A stretch of 63,096 bases of DNA, the filler included. It is 14 parts of 14 records of this genome, joined end to end, with 100 filler letters (N's around TTAATTAATTAA, not from the genome) between each part and the next. Parts side by side here need not be neighbours in the genome. Positions count along the whole stretch, not along the records: positions 32,051 to 35,137 come from SRR7504441_22985; positions 35,238 to 39,176 come from SRR7504441_22991; positions 39,277 to 43,076 come from SRR7504441_22994; positions 43,177 to 55,414 come from SRR7504441_23009; 10 more parts are not named here. One strand, 5' to 3'. Each line of letters begins with the position of its first letter. Within the stretch, counting starts at the first letter, position 1. A program made the position numbers and the translations under genes. Below the pieces are notes generated by a model that saw only the letters and a list, made by a program, of their open reading frames with translations, made no database searches and was not told the DNA's origin. This document shows positions 32,051 through 44,125 of this stretch, piece by piece.

Positions 32051-35000
32051 ACCTCACTCTTTCCTCCCGCAACCACCCTACCACACACAGCGGACACGCG
32101 CAGCAGCACCGACCTACCAACGGACATCGGCTCCGAGCCGCAGGCCCCACACCGTCCTGCGGGTCCGCATCCAGCACCAAAGCCTCTAACAATCCCTCGG
32201 TGGCCTGCCGCGCCGGCAGCACCTCGCATAGCCGCGCGCTGCAACACTCTCAGCCCAAGGCTGCCAGCCGTCCACCGGTAGCGCGGGAGCACTCTCGCCT
32301 CATACGCGGCTCGTTCAAACCCGTGCCCGCAGCTAAACAACACCAGCTGCCCACTCACCGCTCAGCCTCGCCCTGCTGGCACACACGCCTGGCTGGCCCC
32401 CGTCGGCAGCAGCGCCGTGTCGAGCCGGGCTGCCGCGCACCCGGCCATTTGCTGCTCCAAGAGCAACACCAGCCCTGCCAGCTCGGCCCGCAGAGTGAGC
32501 TCTGGGTCGGCCCCGAGCTGGGCCTCGATCTCGGCCTTGGTCCCAGCAAGCCTGGCAACGGCCACCTTGGCCCTGAGCTCAGCGGACAGCTCCGGGAGCA
32601 GACTAGGATCCACTTGGCCTAAGGCCGGTGACAGCTGCTCTAACCTTGAGACTAACAGCGCCTGCAGCCACAGGGCGGGCAGGCTGTGTCGTGACCAGAA
32701 CTTAACTAGATTTCCGACCGGCCCCACCCGGGCCCGGGCCGGCTGCTGGGCCACCGCCTTGCACAGCAGGTCCATCAGCGGCTGGCAGAGCGAGAGGACG
32801 GTCTCGATCTCAGCCGAATTGGCCTGGGCTTGGAGCAACTGTTCGAGCAGTGGATGTAGCAGGCAGATCAGAGACTCGCTGTACCGGTGCACGTACTCAT
32901 ATACGGCCCCGGCCACCCGCCACGCCCCGACTGCCTTGGCCTCGGCGGCCACTGGCGGGGCGCGGTAGCTGCCGAGGCTACGCCAGAGCAAGTGCAGCAG
33001 GTCCGTCTCGGGCATCCCTTTGTCGGTGTTGAGAAGCTGGATCGCGGCACACAAGAAGACTTCGGTTAGCTGGGACGGCAGCGAGGCCGGGGCTGACCCT
33101 CGGCTGATTGCGGAGCTGACCAGCTCAGAATCTGGGTGCAGCTTGTCGGTGATCGCGAGCGCTGTCCGCTGGCCCCCGAGCTGGAGCAATCTCTGCAGCT
33201 GGCCTGCCTGTAGCTCGAGCGCTGCCGGGTGTGAAAGCACCAGCCGAAGCTGATCAGCAGGCCGCACACACCGCCGAAGGAAGCAAGGGTGCCGCGCGCA
33301 GGCTATGCTGGCTCGCTCGCCCCAGCTGACCAGCAGCTCGAGGTTGTCAGCAGTCACTGCTCGCACCACTGGTGACACTAGCACGTCGAGAGCTGCCAGC
33401 ATCCGGCCATGCCAGTACCCCAACTCGAGCACCAGCCGCACCATCCCCGCAGACCCTGCAAATGGCAGCAGCCAGCCCAATTCCATCGGCCGGTCGGGGT
33501 CGCGCACCGACGTCCACAGCTTTGGTTCAAGCTCGGACGGTGAGTCTGCTTGGAGCAGCATGCTGACCTGCACAGCAAGCAGCACCGAGCACATCCTCTG
33601 GTCGAGCTTAGCGTTCGGGTCGGCCGCCTCGAGCCGTTCAATGTGCTCAGCCACCAGCCCGAGCTGCCCAACAGACACAAACCGTCGCACCACGCTGCCC
33701 AGGTCCAAGTCTGCCATCGCCAGAATCGCCGCCGCCCGAGGGTACTCGCCCGCTTCAAAGTGCTGCTCGCCCACCTGCCCACCAGTCACCACCACCGCTC
33801 ATGCTCGAGTGCCTGAGCATATAGCCTCAACACGTCCAGCTCCAACGTCTTACCCAGCGGCTCGGCGTGGTTCTGCTCTAGCCCGGCCGTTACTAGCTGT
33901 GCGAACAACTGCTCGGGAGACGTATCAGGCACACACTCGTACACGGCACTCTCTGTCCACAGCAGCACTGGATCGTCCGGTTGCTTTGTGTCCCAGCGGA
34001 CCATCCCCAGCGCCGGGCCCGGCAGCTGCAGATGCTGCATGCACGCCTGACTCGGCGCAACGTCCGTCCGCTCGGCTAGCAGCCGCGACACTACAGAAAA
34101 TCTGGTCCGTTGAGCCCCGGAGAGTACGAATAACGAGTTCGGTGACAGCTGAACCTGCACAGCTGACGGGACGAGATTGTACTGAAACAAGGCGAACTCC
34201 GAGCTCAACTCGGCGTCAAACAGCTGCCCCGCCGCTCGCCCCCGGGCCGGGCCGGCGGGCGCCGTCAGTGTGGAGGCGCGAGGGTCGCCGCGGTTTAGAG
34301 CCGCCACAGTTGGGCCCTGGGGCGCGGGCTGGACTGATACCGCTGCTTGCGGCCCGAGCTGCGGCTGCTGGCAGTGAGCGCCGTCGCTCGCGGAGGGGTA
34401 CCTTTGAGCCTGAGAGCCATACCGGGGCGAAAGCGGCATGATTTGGGTCTGTGACGAGCGTGTGGAACTGTCGGCCTCGCAGTCGGATCCCCAGGTTCAG
34501 CCTGCAGGTCGGCTCAGCCAGGCAACGGTGGGACAACGGACTGGAACACGCCGTGGTAGGCTGAGTGGATGAGCAAATAGGCCGCTGCCCCGCCTGGATC
34601 CTCGACGAGCTCCAGCTTGCTCAGCTGAGCCTTCACCTGCCTAGGCTGTCGGATGTGTTCATCAGGCAACAGGCACTCGGAGAGAGCGGACCAGGGCCAG
34701 CTTTGCGAGCTCGACCACCTCTATGGCGCCCGAGTCGAAACCTACGATCCCCAGCGGCGACTCATCCCACCCGGACCACCAGACCACAGAGACTGGGCTG
34801 CCGGCCCTGCCCAGCAAAGGCACCGGCTTGGACGCGTCCAGCTCCGCGTGCAGCCTGTCCACCAGCTGGGGCAGACCAGGCCCAGGGGCTGGCACTGGAG
34901 AAGGACTGGGCCGAGTGGTGATGAGGCCACTTTCGCCAACTCGGCCAGCGAAGAACGCGGGGCCAGCTGCGCCCTGCGACCGGCTCGCCGGCCGCTGGGG

Positions 35001-35137
35001 CGCGAGGGGAGGACTTGGCGAGGAGCAGCCGGTGAAGCGGGACCAGGTACAGGTTTGGCCGGGCGGTGACCACGAGCAGGATCTTGGCCGTTGGGTCCAG
35101 CGTCATGGCCGCCACCGGCTCCCCGCTGCCCCCCCCC
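32051..35137 (-). CDS. Beta-propeller/alpha-solenoid protein with C-terminal RING-like motif (VPS/HPS tethering-subunit-like architecture), multi-exon, truncated
   Basis: Beta-strand-rich N-terminus (ILLVVTARPNLYLVP, GIVGFDSGAIEVV), Leu/Ala helical middle, C-terminal LFSCGHGF...CACPLC. Confidence 0.5.
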
Positions 35138-35496
35138 NNNNNNNNNNNNNNNNNNNNNNNNNNNNNNNNNNNNNNNNNNNNTTAATTAATTAANNNNNNN
35201 NNNNNNNNNNNNNNNNNNNNNNNNNNNNNNNNNNNNNGTGTGATTAAAAGTATAATACAATTTTATAAACACGGCGACCGAGTCTTAAGTTAGTCTTAAG
35301 TAACCAGAGTCTTCTTAAGTCTATCGAGTCTTTCAGAGTTAGTAAGCTTATTAAGAGCGCAAGGCGCGGACAAGGGCCACGTGCACACGACCCCTACCGC
35401 GAGTGTCAACCTGGCGAGGATGATTCTGCAGCTGATCAAGTGAACCCGAGGACCCCGACAGCTCCCGAAGTAGAAACAAACCAAACCACACGTCGA

Positions 35497-36537
35497 ATGG
35501 CACCAACCCAGCAAGTGATCCCGCCGTGGGGCGTAGACCCAGCCCCATCCAGCGCCAGCCGGAGCCGGGCCACTCCGCCGCGGATGCTGGCCCAATCCGT
35601 GGCCCAGCGCCGCCGGCTCGGCGTCTCCGGGCGCGCCTCGCAGGCCGCCTCCGACTACCGAGCCAAGCAGCGGACTCCGGCCAAGCAGCTCTACACCCCG
35701 CGGCCCAGCCCGGCCAGCCCAATGGCCGGAGCAGCCCAACGGGTGCTCAACCGCCAGAAGTACGGCCAACTCTCGGCCCGGTCAGTCAACCTGCCGGACT
35801 GGGAGCAGCGCAAGCGGGAGGCTTTCGCCTACGCCGAGAGCATCGACGGGCAGGCTGAGGTCACCAAGCAGGCCGGGTCGGCGCTGCGGGTGGAAATCCC
35901 GGGCCGGGCCGGAGCCCCGACCGAGCCGAGCCCCTCGAGCCCGGCCCAGCTGATCAAGTCTTCCCGCGACCCGTGGGGGGCCGAGCAAGCCGAGAGTGCC
36001 CGGCTCGAGAGCGCCAGAGCGGACCTCTGGGGCTACAGCGGCAGCTTTATTAAGGCACAGTTCGAGGGCGAGAAGCCTGGCTATGACTACCGGGCCGGCC
36101 GGCAGGGCGCTGGGTATTACAAGATTGGTGTCGAGAACGAGGCCCCGAGGAGCCCGGCTCAGCTCATCTCCTCGAGCATCCAGCAGCGCGAGCAGCGACC
36201 CTCCAACGAGTTTGTGCCCAGCTCCATCCGCCGGGCCACTAAGCGCCCTGGGAGCGCGCACCCTGGCGGCCGTGGCGGGGCGAATGCAGTGCGGGAGAAG
36301 CCAGTAGTGCCAAGCCTTGAGCTGTCGGGGTCCGGGATCCAATCGCTTGGGGTCTCCAACCGGCCTAAGCCCAGGCCCAAGAGCGCGGCCATCTCGAGAT
36401 CCAAGGGTGTCAGCGCCAAGGGTGACTGGCCAGCGGCTGGCGGGTTGCTGACTGGTTTGGGTTGGCAGCTGCTGCACAGGCGTGGCAGTCGAGCCAAGCC
36501 CGAGCCGCAGGAAAGACCCGGATCTGGTGAGGCCTGA
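35497..36537 (+). CDS. Low-complexity hypothetical protein
   Basis: Long P/S/R/A-rich ORF carrying the motif FIKAQFEGEKPGYDYRAGRQGAGYY; 3' end probably spliced. Confidence 0.55.
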   Translation: MAPTQQVIPPWGVDPAPSSASRSRATPPRMLAQSVAQRRRLGVSGRASQAASDYRAKQRTPAKQLYTPRPSPASPMAGAAQRVLNRQKYGQLSARSVNLPDWEQRKREAFAYAESIDGQAEVTKQAGSALRVEIPGRAGAPTEPSPSSPAQLIKSSRDPWGAEQAESARLESARADLWGYSGSFIKAQFEGEKPGYDYRAGRQGAGYYKIGVENEAPRSPAQLISSSIQQREQRPSNEFVPSSIRRATKRPGSAHPGGRGGANAVREKPVVPSLELSGSGIQSLGVSNRPKPRPKSAAISRSKGVSAKGDWPAAGGLLTGLGWQLLHRRGSRAKPEPQERPGSGEA

Positions 36538-36729
36538 ACATACTTTCCCAATGTACAATCCTCGACAAGCAGCTAGTCTGGCTTGAAAGCACGCGCCATG
36601 TATTGTTGTAATATGAATGGCGTGATGTGCTTTACTTTTGCTCCGTTGCTACGTACTGTAGTCAATAATCTTAAATTAAGGTGACAGCAACGTTTAATAC
36701 TCGAGTGCTCTGCGAGGGATGCTATTATC

Positions 36730-37587
36730 CTATCGTTTCCTAGGCTTAAGCCTTGCCTTTGCTCCGTCCCAAAAATCTGGAGGCTCTTTCATCATTAACC
36801 TGATCAGCACTTCATCCGAACACTCGGGCAAATACGGCCTCTCATTCGGCAACTCCGGTATAAGCTGCTCTATTTCCTTGCCACCGACCTTGTGTGCCGC
36901 GTGCACCCTATGCGCAAGCTCGGTGACGTCTTGAATGCACACCGCACTCTCCACAAACAGCTCAGACAGCTCTTGTTTGACCCCTATCTGGATTGCCCGC
37001 GTGCCCCGGAGCAGCTTGCGCGGCTCGCGACCCTCCATGCTAAACAGGTCCCTTGCCGGATCCCACTGAACTCGCCCCTTGCTCCCGCCGCCGCCCTCCT
37101 TGCACTGACACCGCTCCAACAGCGCGGCCAGGCTGGGATGAGAGAGCTTGATCTTTAGGACCCGAGTCTGGTTGTGCTTGCGGGCGTACCCAGAGCGGTA
37201 CAGCACCCAGGCCATCGACGGCTTGAACCAAGTCATCCGCCGCGGGTTGAACCCCGGCCCGCCCAGCCGCTGATGGGCCACCGCCCAGTCAGCGATGTCC
37301 TCACAGTAGGCCTGATACACCCACACCCCCTCCTGGTCCCACTCAGCCGTGAAGCACTGCCGGGCGTCCTGCGGCACCCTGGCGTGGCGGTCAGGTCCCG
37401 GGCTCTCCTCGGCCTCGGCCCCAGGATCACGTTGCCGCCTGGAGCGCAGGGGCGAGTCGTCCGCGTGCGGGGCGACCGCGAGCACCAGGCCTGATGCGCC
37501 GGGCCCCAGATACCAGCTGGCCGACCGCTTGAGCTGCGAGGCCGCCTGCAGCGACGCCGTGGCACCCACGCAGCTCGAGACGTTCAT
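36730..37587 (-). CDS. DUF4291-family protein
   Basis: VWVYQAY, RMTWFKPSMAWVLYRSGY, QTRVLKI, RVQWDPARD, RAIQIG; start uncertain. Confidence 0.8.
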   Translation of the reverse strand: MNVSSCVGATASLQAASQLKRSASWYLGPGASGLVLAVAPHADDSPLRSRRQRDPGAEAEESPGPDRHARVPQDARQCFTAEWDQEGVWVYQAYCEDIADWAVAHQRLGGPGFNPRRMTWFKPSMAWVLYRSGYARKHNQTRVLKIKLSHPSLAALLERCQCKEGGGGSKGRVQWDPARDLFSMEGREPRKLLRGTRAIQIGVKQELSELFVESAVCIQDVTELAHRVHAAHKVGGKEIEQLIPELPNERPYLPECSDEVLIRLMMKEPPDFWDGAKARLKPRKR

Positions 37588-37727
37588 CGGGCTCCTCCCG
37601 CGCCGGCGAGTGCACACTGCACCTGGCGGCTGTTCGTCATCATTTTCGGTTGGAGATCGGCACCGCCTGCAGCGGGCACTGCTGGACAGCCCCGGGATGA
37701 GCTGGCGAGGCGGCGAGCGGGGCTGAG

Positions 37728-39176
37728 ATGACGTCCGATGCGCAGCAGGGCGGGGTGACCCTCAAGAAGCGCAACCTCTGGCTCACCCGGATCAGCTCGG
37801 GCCAGTACCGGTGGCTAAAGTATGGGGTGCTGCTGCTGGCCGCAGGGCTGGTGGTGGCCATCGGTGTGTGCGGCGGGCACCATGGGAAGAACAGCGTCAT
37901 GACCATCATTGACGACAGTGGGGAGCCGTACAAGGTACAGCCCCGCGCCTCCACCAGTGCGGCCACCGAGCCGTCCGACAGCCTCCACTACTGTGTGCCG
38001 GGGTATGGAACCAACCCGCCCCAGCTGTGCTCAGCCCGGTCCGGGGCACTGTTCTATCACCGGTGGGCAGTGTTCCGCACCAAGTCTAGGTTCTATGACG
38101 GTCTCGCGAGCCACATCTCGGTGCTCTGGCGGTGCGTGCTCGACGCGCCGGCCGTGGCACTGGTCAAGGATCCGAACGACTCCCGGATCAGAAACGTCCA
38201 GATCCAGTACCCGTCGTCGGACGGGGCCCTGGTCGAGGTGGCGGACAGCCAGGTGTCGCACTTTGTGGGGCGGCGGCTGTTCAATTTCTGGTATATCAAT
38301 CCTTCTGACTACGCGACCAATGAATGGTACATCAATGTCACGTTCTATGACCAAAACGAGATGAACCTGATCAACGACATGCGGGTCAAGTGCGGATCGG
38401 CCAATCCCAGCGCAGTCGTGGCGATCGTGGGACTACTGAGCGGCGTGAATGGGATTACATTGCTACTGCTCGCATTCAAGACAGGGTTCAGGTACTTTTG
38501 CCAGAAGGACAACTGCTGCTCCCTCCGGAAACATCTGGCTGTGGCGCCGCTGCAGAGGCGATCAGGAGCGATCCTGCTGCTCGTTTTCATCAACGGCTGT
38601 GCAGTGCTGCTCAAAGCGACAATTCCAGGCGGGTTTGGAATGTTCTCTGCGATGCACATCACGCATCTATTTGCCGAGTGGCTGGCGATATTGTTTATTC
38701 TGAACCTGCCAGAAGTCTCCAAAAAGAATGGAGGGCTACTTAGCTTCAGTCCGCTATTCGCAGGTACTGTTCTAGCCCCGGTGACCATGCTCTGTCTTCG
38801 GCTATGGATATGGCTGGCCTATGCCAAGAAGGTGTACGAGAATCCGTTTGAATACTCAGTCTTTCGAGGCGCCGACTTCACGCTTCTGAGTCAAGCCCAG
38901 CTGCTGCCAGCCGAGTTGTGCTGTGCCTTGCTGGTGGGGTATGCCGTGTGGAAGAACTACCACTACCTCAGCCGGCGCGATGGCGACCTTTCGGTGATAG
39001 ACTACACCTTCCACAGGGACTGGATGATCGCCAAGATATTCTACTGGAAGGCCGCTGGGGTCGGCTTCCTGACCTCATTGGCTTGCAACCTTTACATGCG
39101 CTTTTTCTACCAGACTTCACCTTGGTTCGGGTTTGAGTATTACTTCGACCGAGGTGCATTAATGGCTATCCTCTTA
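37728..39176 (+). CDS. Multi-pass membrane protein with extracellular domain (3' truncated)
   Basis: One N-terminal TM, a ~180-aa Cys-containing ectodomain, then at least 6 hydrophobic segments; intronless. Confidence 0.6.
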
Positions 39177-39276
39177 NNNNNNNNNNNNNNNNNNNNNNNN
39201 NNNNNNNNNNNNNNNNNNNNTTAATTAATTAANNNNNNNNNNNNNNNNNNNNNNNNNNNNNNNNNNNNNNNNNNNN

Positions 39277-42200
39277 GTTTCAGTCGCGCCACGGCTATGG
39301 CGGTTCTTCAACCATCCTGTGGCGGAGGTTCGCGGGTCTGTTGCGGTCGCGGTCGCTGCATTTGCGGATCGGTTGTCTGAAGACATTACGAGCCTGCAGC
39401 ACGGGCTGCAACTGCTGTTCCAGGCGGTTATATGCGAGAGCGCTGGTGGGGCGTTGAATGACGCAGTTGCCAGCTTGAACATGCTTGTGTCATGCACCGG
39501 TCCTGAGCAACTCCAGGCTGCAGCGGCGCCTTGTGTCTCTGCCTGCTGGATCCCGTTGCTTTCCAGCTGCCCAGGCGCAACGCTCGACTCGGCTCTTTTC
39601 TTTTGGGACCAGCAGGAGGAGTACAGCAGCCCAGCGGCATGTAATGCCACCATCGATGGCCAGAGCCGAGGCTTGTGTGCGCTCGCTGCGCTGATCAACA
39701 AGTGCGCTGATTGCACAGACCATGTTGAGGCCATGTTGGGGCCGCTGCGTTTGAGTCTAGAGCATGCGCTGCGAAGTAGCTCGGGCTCCGCGATCTACGC
39801 TGCAACGTCACTCATAGCAGCGGTGCCCGCGCTGCGATCTGAGTGTGTGCACGGGCAAGTGACGGCAGCCGCTGCTCGAATCGCGATTCTAACCGGTAAT
39901 TGCTGTTGGCGAAGGCACGTTTGATAAGGGGCCAGGGGATGAGCTTGATGAAATGCGAGACCGTCTACGCAAGGTCAAGGTGGAGGCAGCCGCACTTGTC
40001 GGGAGCTTTAGAGTCCGAGGGGAGCCTGATTATACTGCATGCGCTCCGGCTGTACTCGAGTCCCTTGATGAAGCTCATGAGGTCGTCAGCGCATCCTACC
40101 TGGCCTGGAAGGCTGCGGCCAACAGGCCTGCCAAAAGCCACCTATCGGTCCGTGCGGAATCTATCCGCACCCAGCTGGTTTCAACAATCGCCGAGGCAGT
40201 AGCACGGCGTACCGAGGTAACTCGATGGCCTAAGTTGCCGATTCTTAACGCGGGCCTGGGTCGCAGATTAAGCAGAGCACTGCGGCATACCTTGCGGCTG
40301 CTGTCGTTACCTTCGGAGACCTCCCGCAAAAGGTGAACTCGGTTCTCCAGCCACTTATGGCGATTGTCAAGAGCAATTTCAACGAGCCACATTTGCTACG
40401 GGCAGTGGCCAACGGACTTGCTTGTACCGTGGCTGTGCTTTCCAAGCGTGAGCCGTCACCAAACGACAAGGTACTGACCAATATTTGCAAGGCGGCGTGT
40501 GCGGGCTGTCCAGGGGCCGTGGCAGCACTCTCAGGTTTTGCGGCCTACTTTGGGCCAGACTTGTTCGAAGTGCTGCCGCGTCTATGGATCGAGGTGAGCA
40601 GTTGCAGCGAGGCAACGAGGTCTGCAGCAATCGCGCTGACCGCAATTCTGTCCGAACTTGATTGCAAATTGCACGCTCGAGTGGCCGGGCTGCTCCCAGC
40701 CATGTTCGGTGAGCTCGAGTGCGCCGAAACTGTCCACGCAGTGTCCCAGTGCGTCGCTGCTGCCGCATGCGCAATGCAGTCGCTCGCTTTCGTACAGATT
40801 GTGGAGCACTTAGTCCCCAGGCTGCAGGCTGCGAGCAGCGCTCGGGTCCGGCTGGGCGTGGTCTCGGCGCTTGCTGAGCTCGTAAAACAGCTGCAGGTCA
40901 GAGTGGTGCCCTTCGGGGTCTTCCTAGTAGTGCCTCTAATGGGCGCCATGACTGATCAATCAATCGAGGTACGGCAGCAGGCGAGCAGCACATTCGCAGA
41001 GGTCGTGCAGTTGCTGCCTTTGGACCCAGTCGGAGCTCTACCTAGCGACTTTCCGGCCCAATTGGTGCAGCGTAAGCAGCAGGAGAGCGGACTGCTACAG
41101 CAGCTGCTGGATCCGTCGGTGGCACCAGACTTTCAGATTCCTCTGCAGATAAACGCCACCCTGCGCCCATACCAACGGGCCGGTATGGGCTGTGAGCGCG
41201 CGGTACCTGATCATTCTGCAGGTGTGAATTGGCTCGGGTTTTTGTACCGGAGTAACCTGCATGGGGCGCTGTGTGATGACATGGGCTTGGGCAAGACCCT
41301 GCAGGTACTGGCCATTTTCCATAGGCCGTGACCCGCGTGGGCAGTGTATCTGTATTGTGGCCGCCAGCTGCGTAGAGCAACGCCGCGCTCAGGAAGCGTT
41401 GCGTAGCAAACACCAGCGACAGCTTTCTGCAGGGGACCAAGACTCCCAAGCGCTGCCCCTCGCACCCTCGCTGCCATCGCTGATCGTGCTTCCGGGCACT
41501 CTCGTCAGCCATTGGGCCTCCGAGTTTTGCAAGTTCTGTGGGGATCAGATCTCCGTCCGTACACACGCTGGGTGCAAGCGGGACCGCAGTCGGCTGGCTG
41601 TCAGCGGCACAGACGTGCTGTTGACTTCATATGACGCACTGCGGAGCGACGTGGAGTTGTTTGCCGCCCACCGTTGGGACTGGGCCGTGCTTGACGAAGG
41701 GCACATGATCCGGAACGCGGGGTCCAAGACAACACAGGCGGTCAAACGCATGCAGGCAGCTCATCGACTGGTGCTGACGGGGACCCCGATTCAGAACTCT
41801 GTGCTCGAGCTATGGTCAATCTTCGACTTCCTCATGCCAGGTTTCCTCGGGACACAGAAACAGTTCAAGCATGAGTTTGTGAAGCCTTTGACCGCCAGTC
41901 GTAAGCCCAAGGCGACTGCCGCCGAGCACCAGGCCAGTGAAGCGGCGCTGAGCAAACTCCACCGGCAAGTGCTTCCGTTTGTCCTCAGGAGGATGAAGAC
42001 TGAAGTGCTTGAAGACTTGCCTCCCAAGATCATTCAAGATCTGAGCGTCGACCTATCGCCATTGCAGCAACGGCTCTACAACGAGTTCACTAGCTCTCAG
42101 TTGAACGGGCTCCGTGAACAGGGTGGCGAACAGGGTGGCAAGATGCATGTTTTCCAGGCGCTGCACTACCTTCGAAAGCTGTGCAATCACCCAGGGCTTG

Positions 42201-43036
42201 CGTTGCTGCCCGAACATCCGCTGCATGCCGAGATCAGCCTAGACTTAGAGAGGCAAGGTGTGCCGTTGATGACACACATCGAGCACGCACCCAAGCTGGT
42301 GGCTCTCCTACAGCTGCTCCAGGACTGCTGCGTGAGCCCGCAGGTGGAAGACGAGGAGCCCGAGCTGGCGCCACGCGGGGGTGGACACAGGGTGCTGGTG
42401 TTCTGTCAGCACAGGTCAATGTTGGACTTGATCGAGAGGCTCGTGCTGCAAGATCAGTTGCCCATGCTGAGCTACCTTCGTCTAGACGGGGCGGTGGAGC
42501 CGACCCGACGAGGCGAGCTTGTGACCAAGTTCAACGCTGACCCAACCATCGATGTCTTGTTGCTTACCACGCACGTGGGTGGACTCGGGCTCAACTTGAC
42601 CGGTGCTGACACAGTAGTGTTTGTCGACCACGATTGGAACCCACAAAAGGACCTGCAGGCGATGGACAGAGCGCACCGTATCGGGCAGACGCGCACAGTG
42701 AGCGTGTACCGTCTGATCACCACAGGCACGCTGGAGCAACGGATCATGGGTCTTCAGCAGTTCAAGCTGCATACGGCCAATACCGTAGTAAACCAGCAGA
42801 ACTCGTCAATGCTCTCGATGCAAACGGACAAGCTATTCGACTTATTGCACTACAATGGGGAGGGCACTGCCGAGGCTGAGCAGTCTGCCATGTCTTCAGT
42901 CCCGGGGCTAAAGGGCATGCTAGAGGAGATGGGTGATTTGTGGGACGAGCAAGAGTATGCTGAAGAATACGATCTCCGGAACTACATTGGATCCATCCAT
43001 GACGAACGAACCTTGAAGAGTGGTAATCCTGAATAA
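39277..43036 (+). CDS. BTAF1: TATA-binding protein-associated SNF2 ATPase (MOT1), 5' truncated, multi-exon
   Basis: HEAT-like region with KVLTNICK and VVPLMGAMTDQ; LRPYQ..G|VNWL, LCDDMGLGKTLQ, VLDEGH, LTGTPIQN, LHRQVLPFVLRR, LLLTTHVGGLGLNLTGAD, QAMDRAHRIGQ, LWDEQEYAEEY. Confidence 0.95.
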
Positions 43037-43399
43037 CACGTTATCCATGACGAAAGATCCGTGACGAAAACTAAAANNNNNNNNNNNNNNNNNNNNNNNN
43101 NNNNNNNNNNNNNNNNNNNNTTAATTAATTAANNNNNNNNNNNNNNNNNNNNNNNNNNNNNNNNNNNNNNNNNNNNACTGTGATAACTCCCAAAATCCCC
43201 TTCTAATAATGTACTTATTAGTACTTATACTGCGTAACGATCGCGAGCCGACCTGTATACGTAACGTTAACCAAGTTGCCGTTATCGGGTTCCCATGTCC
43301 CACTGACAGTGGCGGGCTCGACCTATGGTGACTGGTAGCCTTGAGTAGGCTCACTCCGCCTGGGGTGGCAGGGGGAGCCAGACGCAGCGGCCTGGCGAA

Positions 43400-43807
43400 T
43401 TGGAGCACAGTGTCCATTTTGAAAACCGTGTAGATGCACTCCAGGCCCAGCTTGACGCCAAAACTGAAGCAATGAGCATAGCACACGAAGTGATCGAGAA
43501 ACTAGCCAGCAGGGTAGCTATCCTTGAGCTACTTAAGGATAAGGTGGTCGATCTTGAAGCTGAAGTTCAGACCAAGATCAATTCAATGCAAGAAATGGAA
43601 ATGAACGCCAAAGCACAACTCGACGAAAGAAGACAGGTAGAAATCAACTTGAGGGATCGAGTCGCTCAGCTAGAGGCAGAACTTGTGGCGAAGCAAAATG
43701 AAAGGAAGCATTTGGCAAAGTCAGTGAACGATTGGCTTGATCAACGAACACTGTTGCCTAGCCCGACGGCCCCCGAATCTCCCGCATATCCTTCTAAGAT
43801 CGTCTAA
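43400..43807 (+). CDS. Short coiled-coil protein or terminal exon
   Basis: Heptad-rich 135-aa ORF; start uncertain. Confidence 0.4.
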   Translation: MEHSVHFENRVDALQAQLDAKTEAMSIAHEVIEKLASRVAILELLKDKVVDLEAEVQTKINSMQEMEMNAKAQLDERRQVEINLRDRVAQLEAELVAKQNERKHLAKSVNDWLDQRTLLPSPTAPESPAYPSKIV

Positions 43808-44125
43808 ACCCAAGGGAACTGCACAAGATAGGACCTGAAGTCCGGAAACCCCCTAGAAAACCCTGCGCATTCCTCGTCACCGCCGTCACTCGACTTAAGT
43901 TTTGATTTTGTTTAATCGATCTAGCCTAGTGGTTAGAAGAAAATTTTAGGTTAGAATTGAACTCAAGTGGTATAGAATCTCGTAACCCTTTAGGAGGGCT
44001 TATTAGGGAGGGCTTCGCATTAGCTCCACATGAGAATTGACCATGATTAATATGTGGAGGTCGCGGTGTAGTCGCGGCGAGTCATACTTATAGTGGTACT
44101 GGGCCTAGTAGGACGTGTGGTCATT

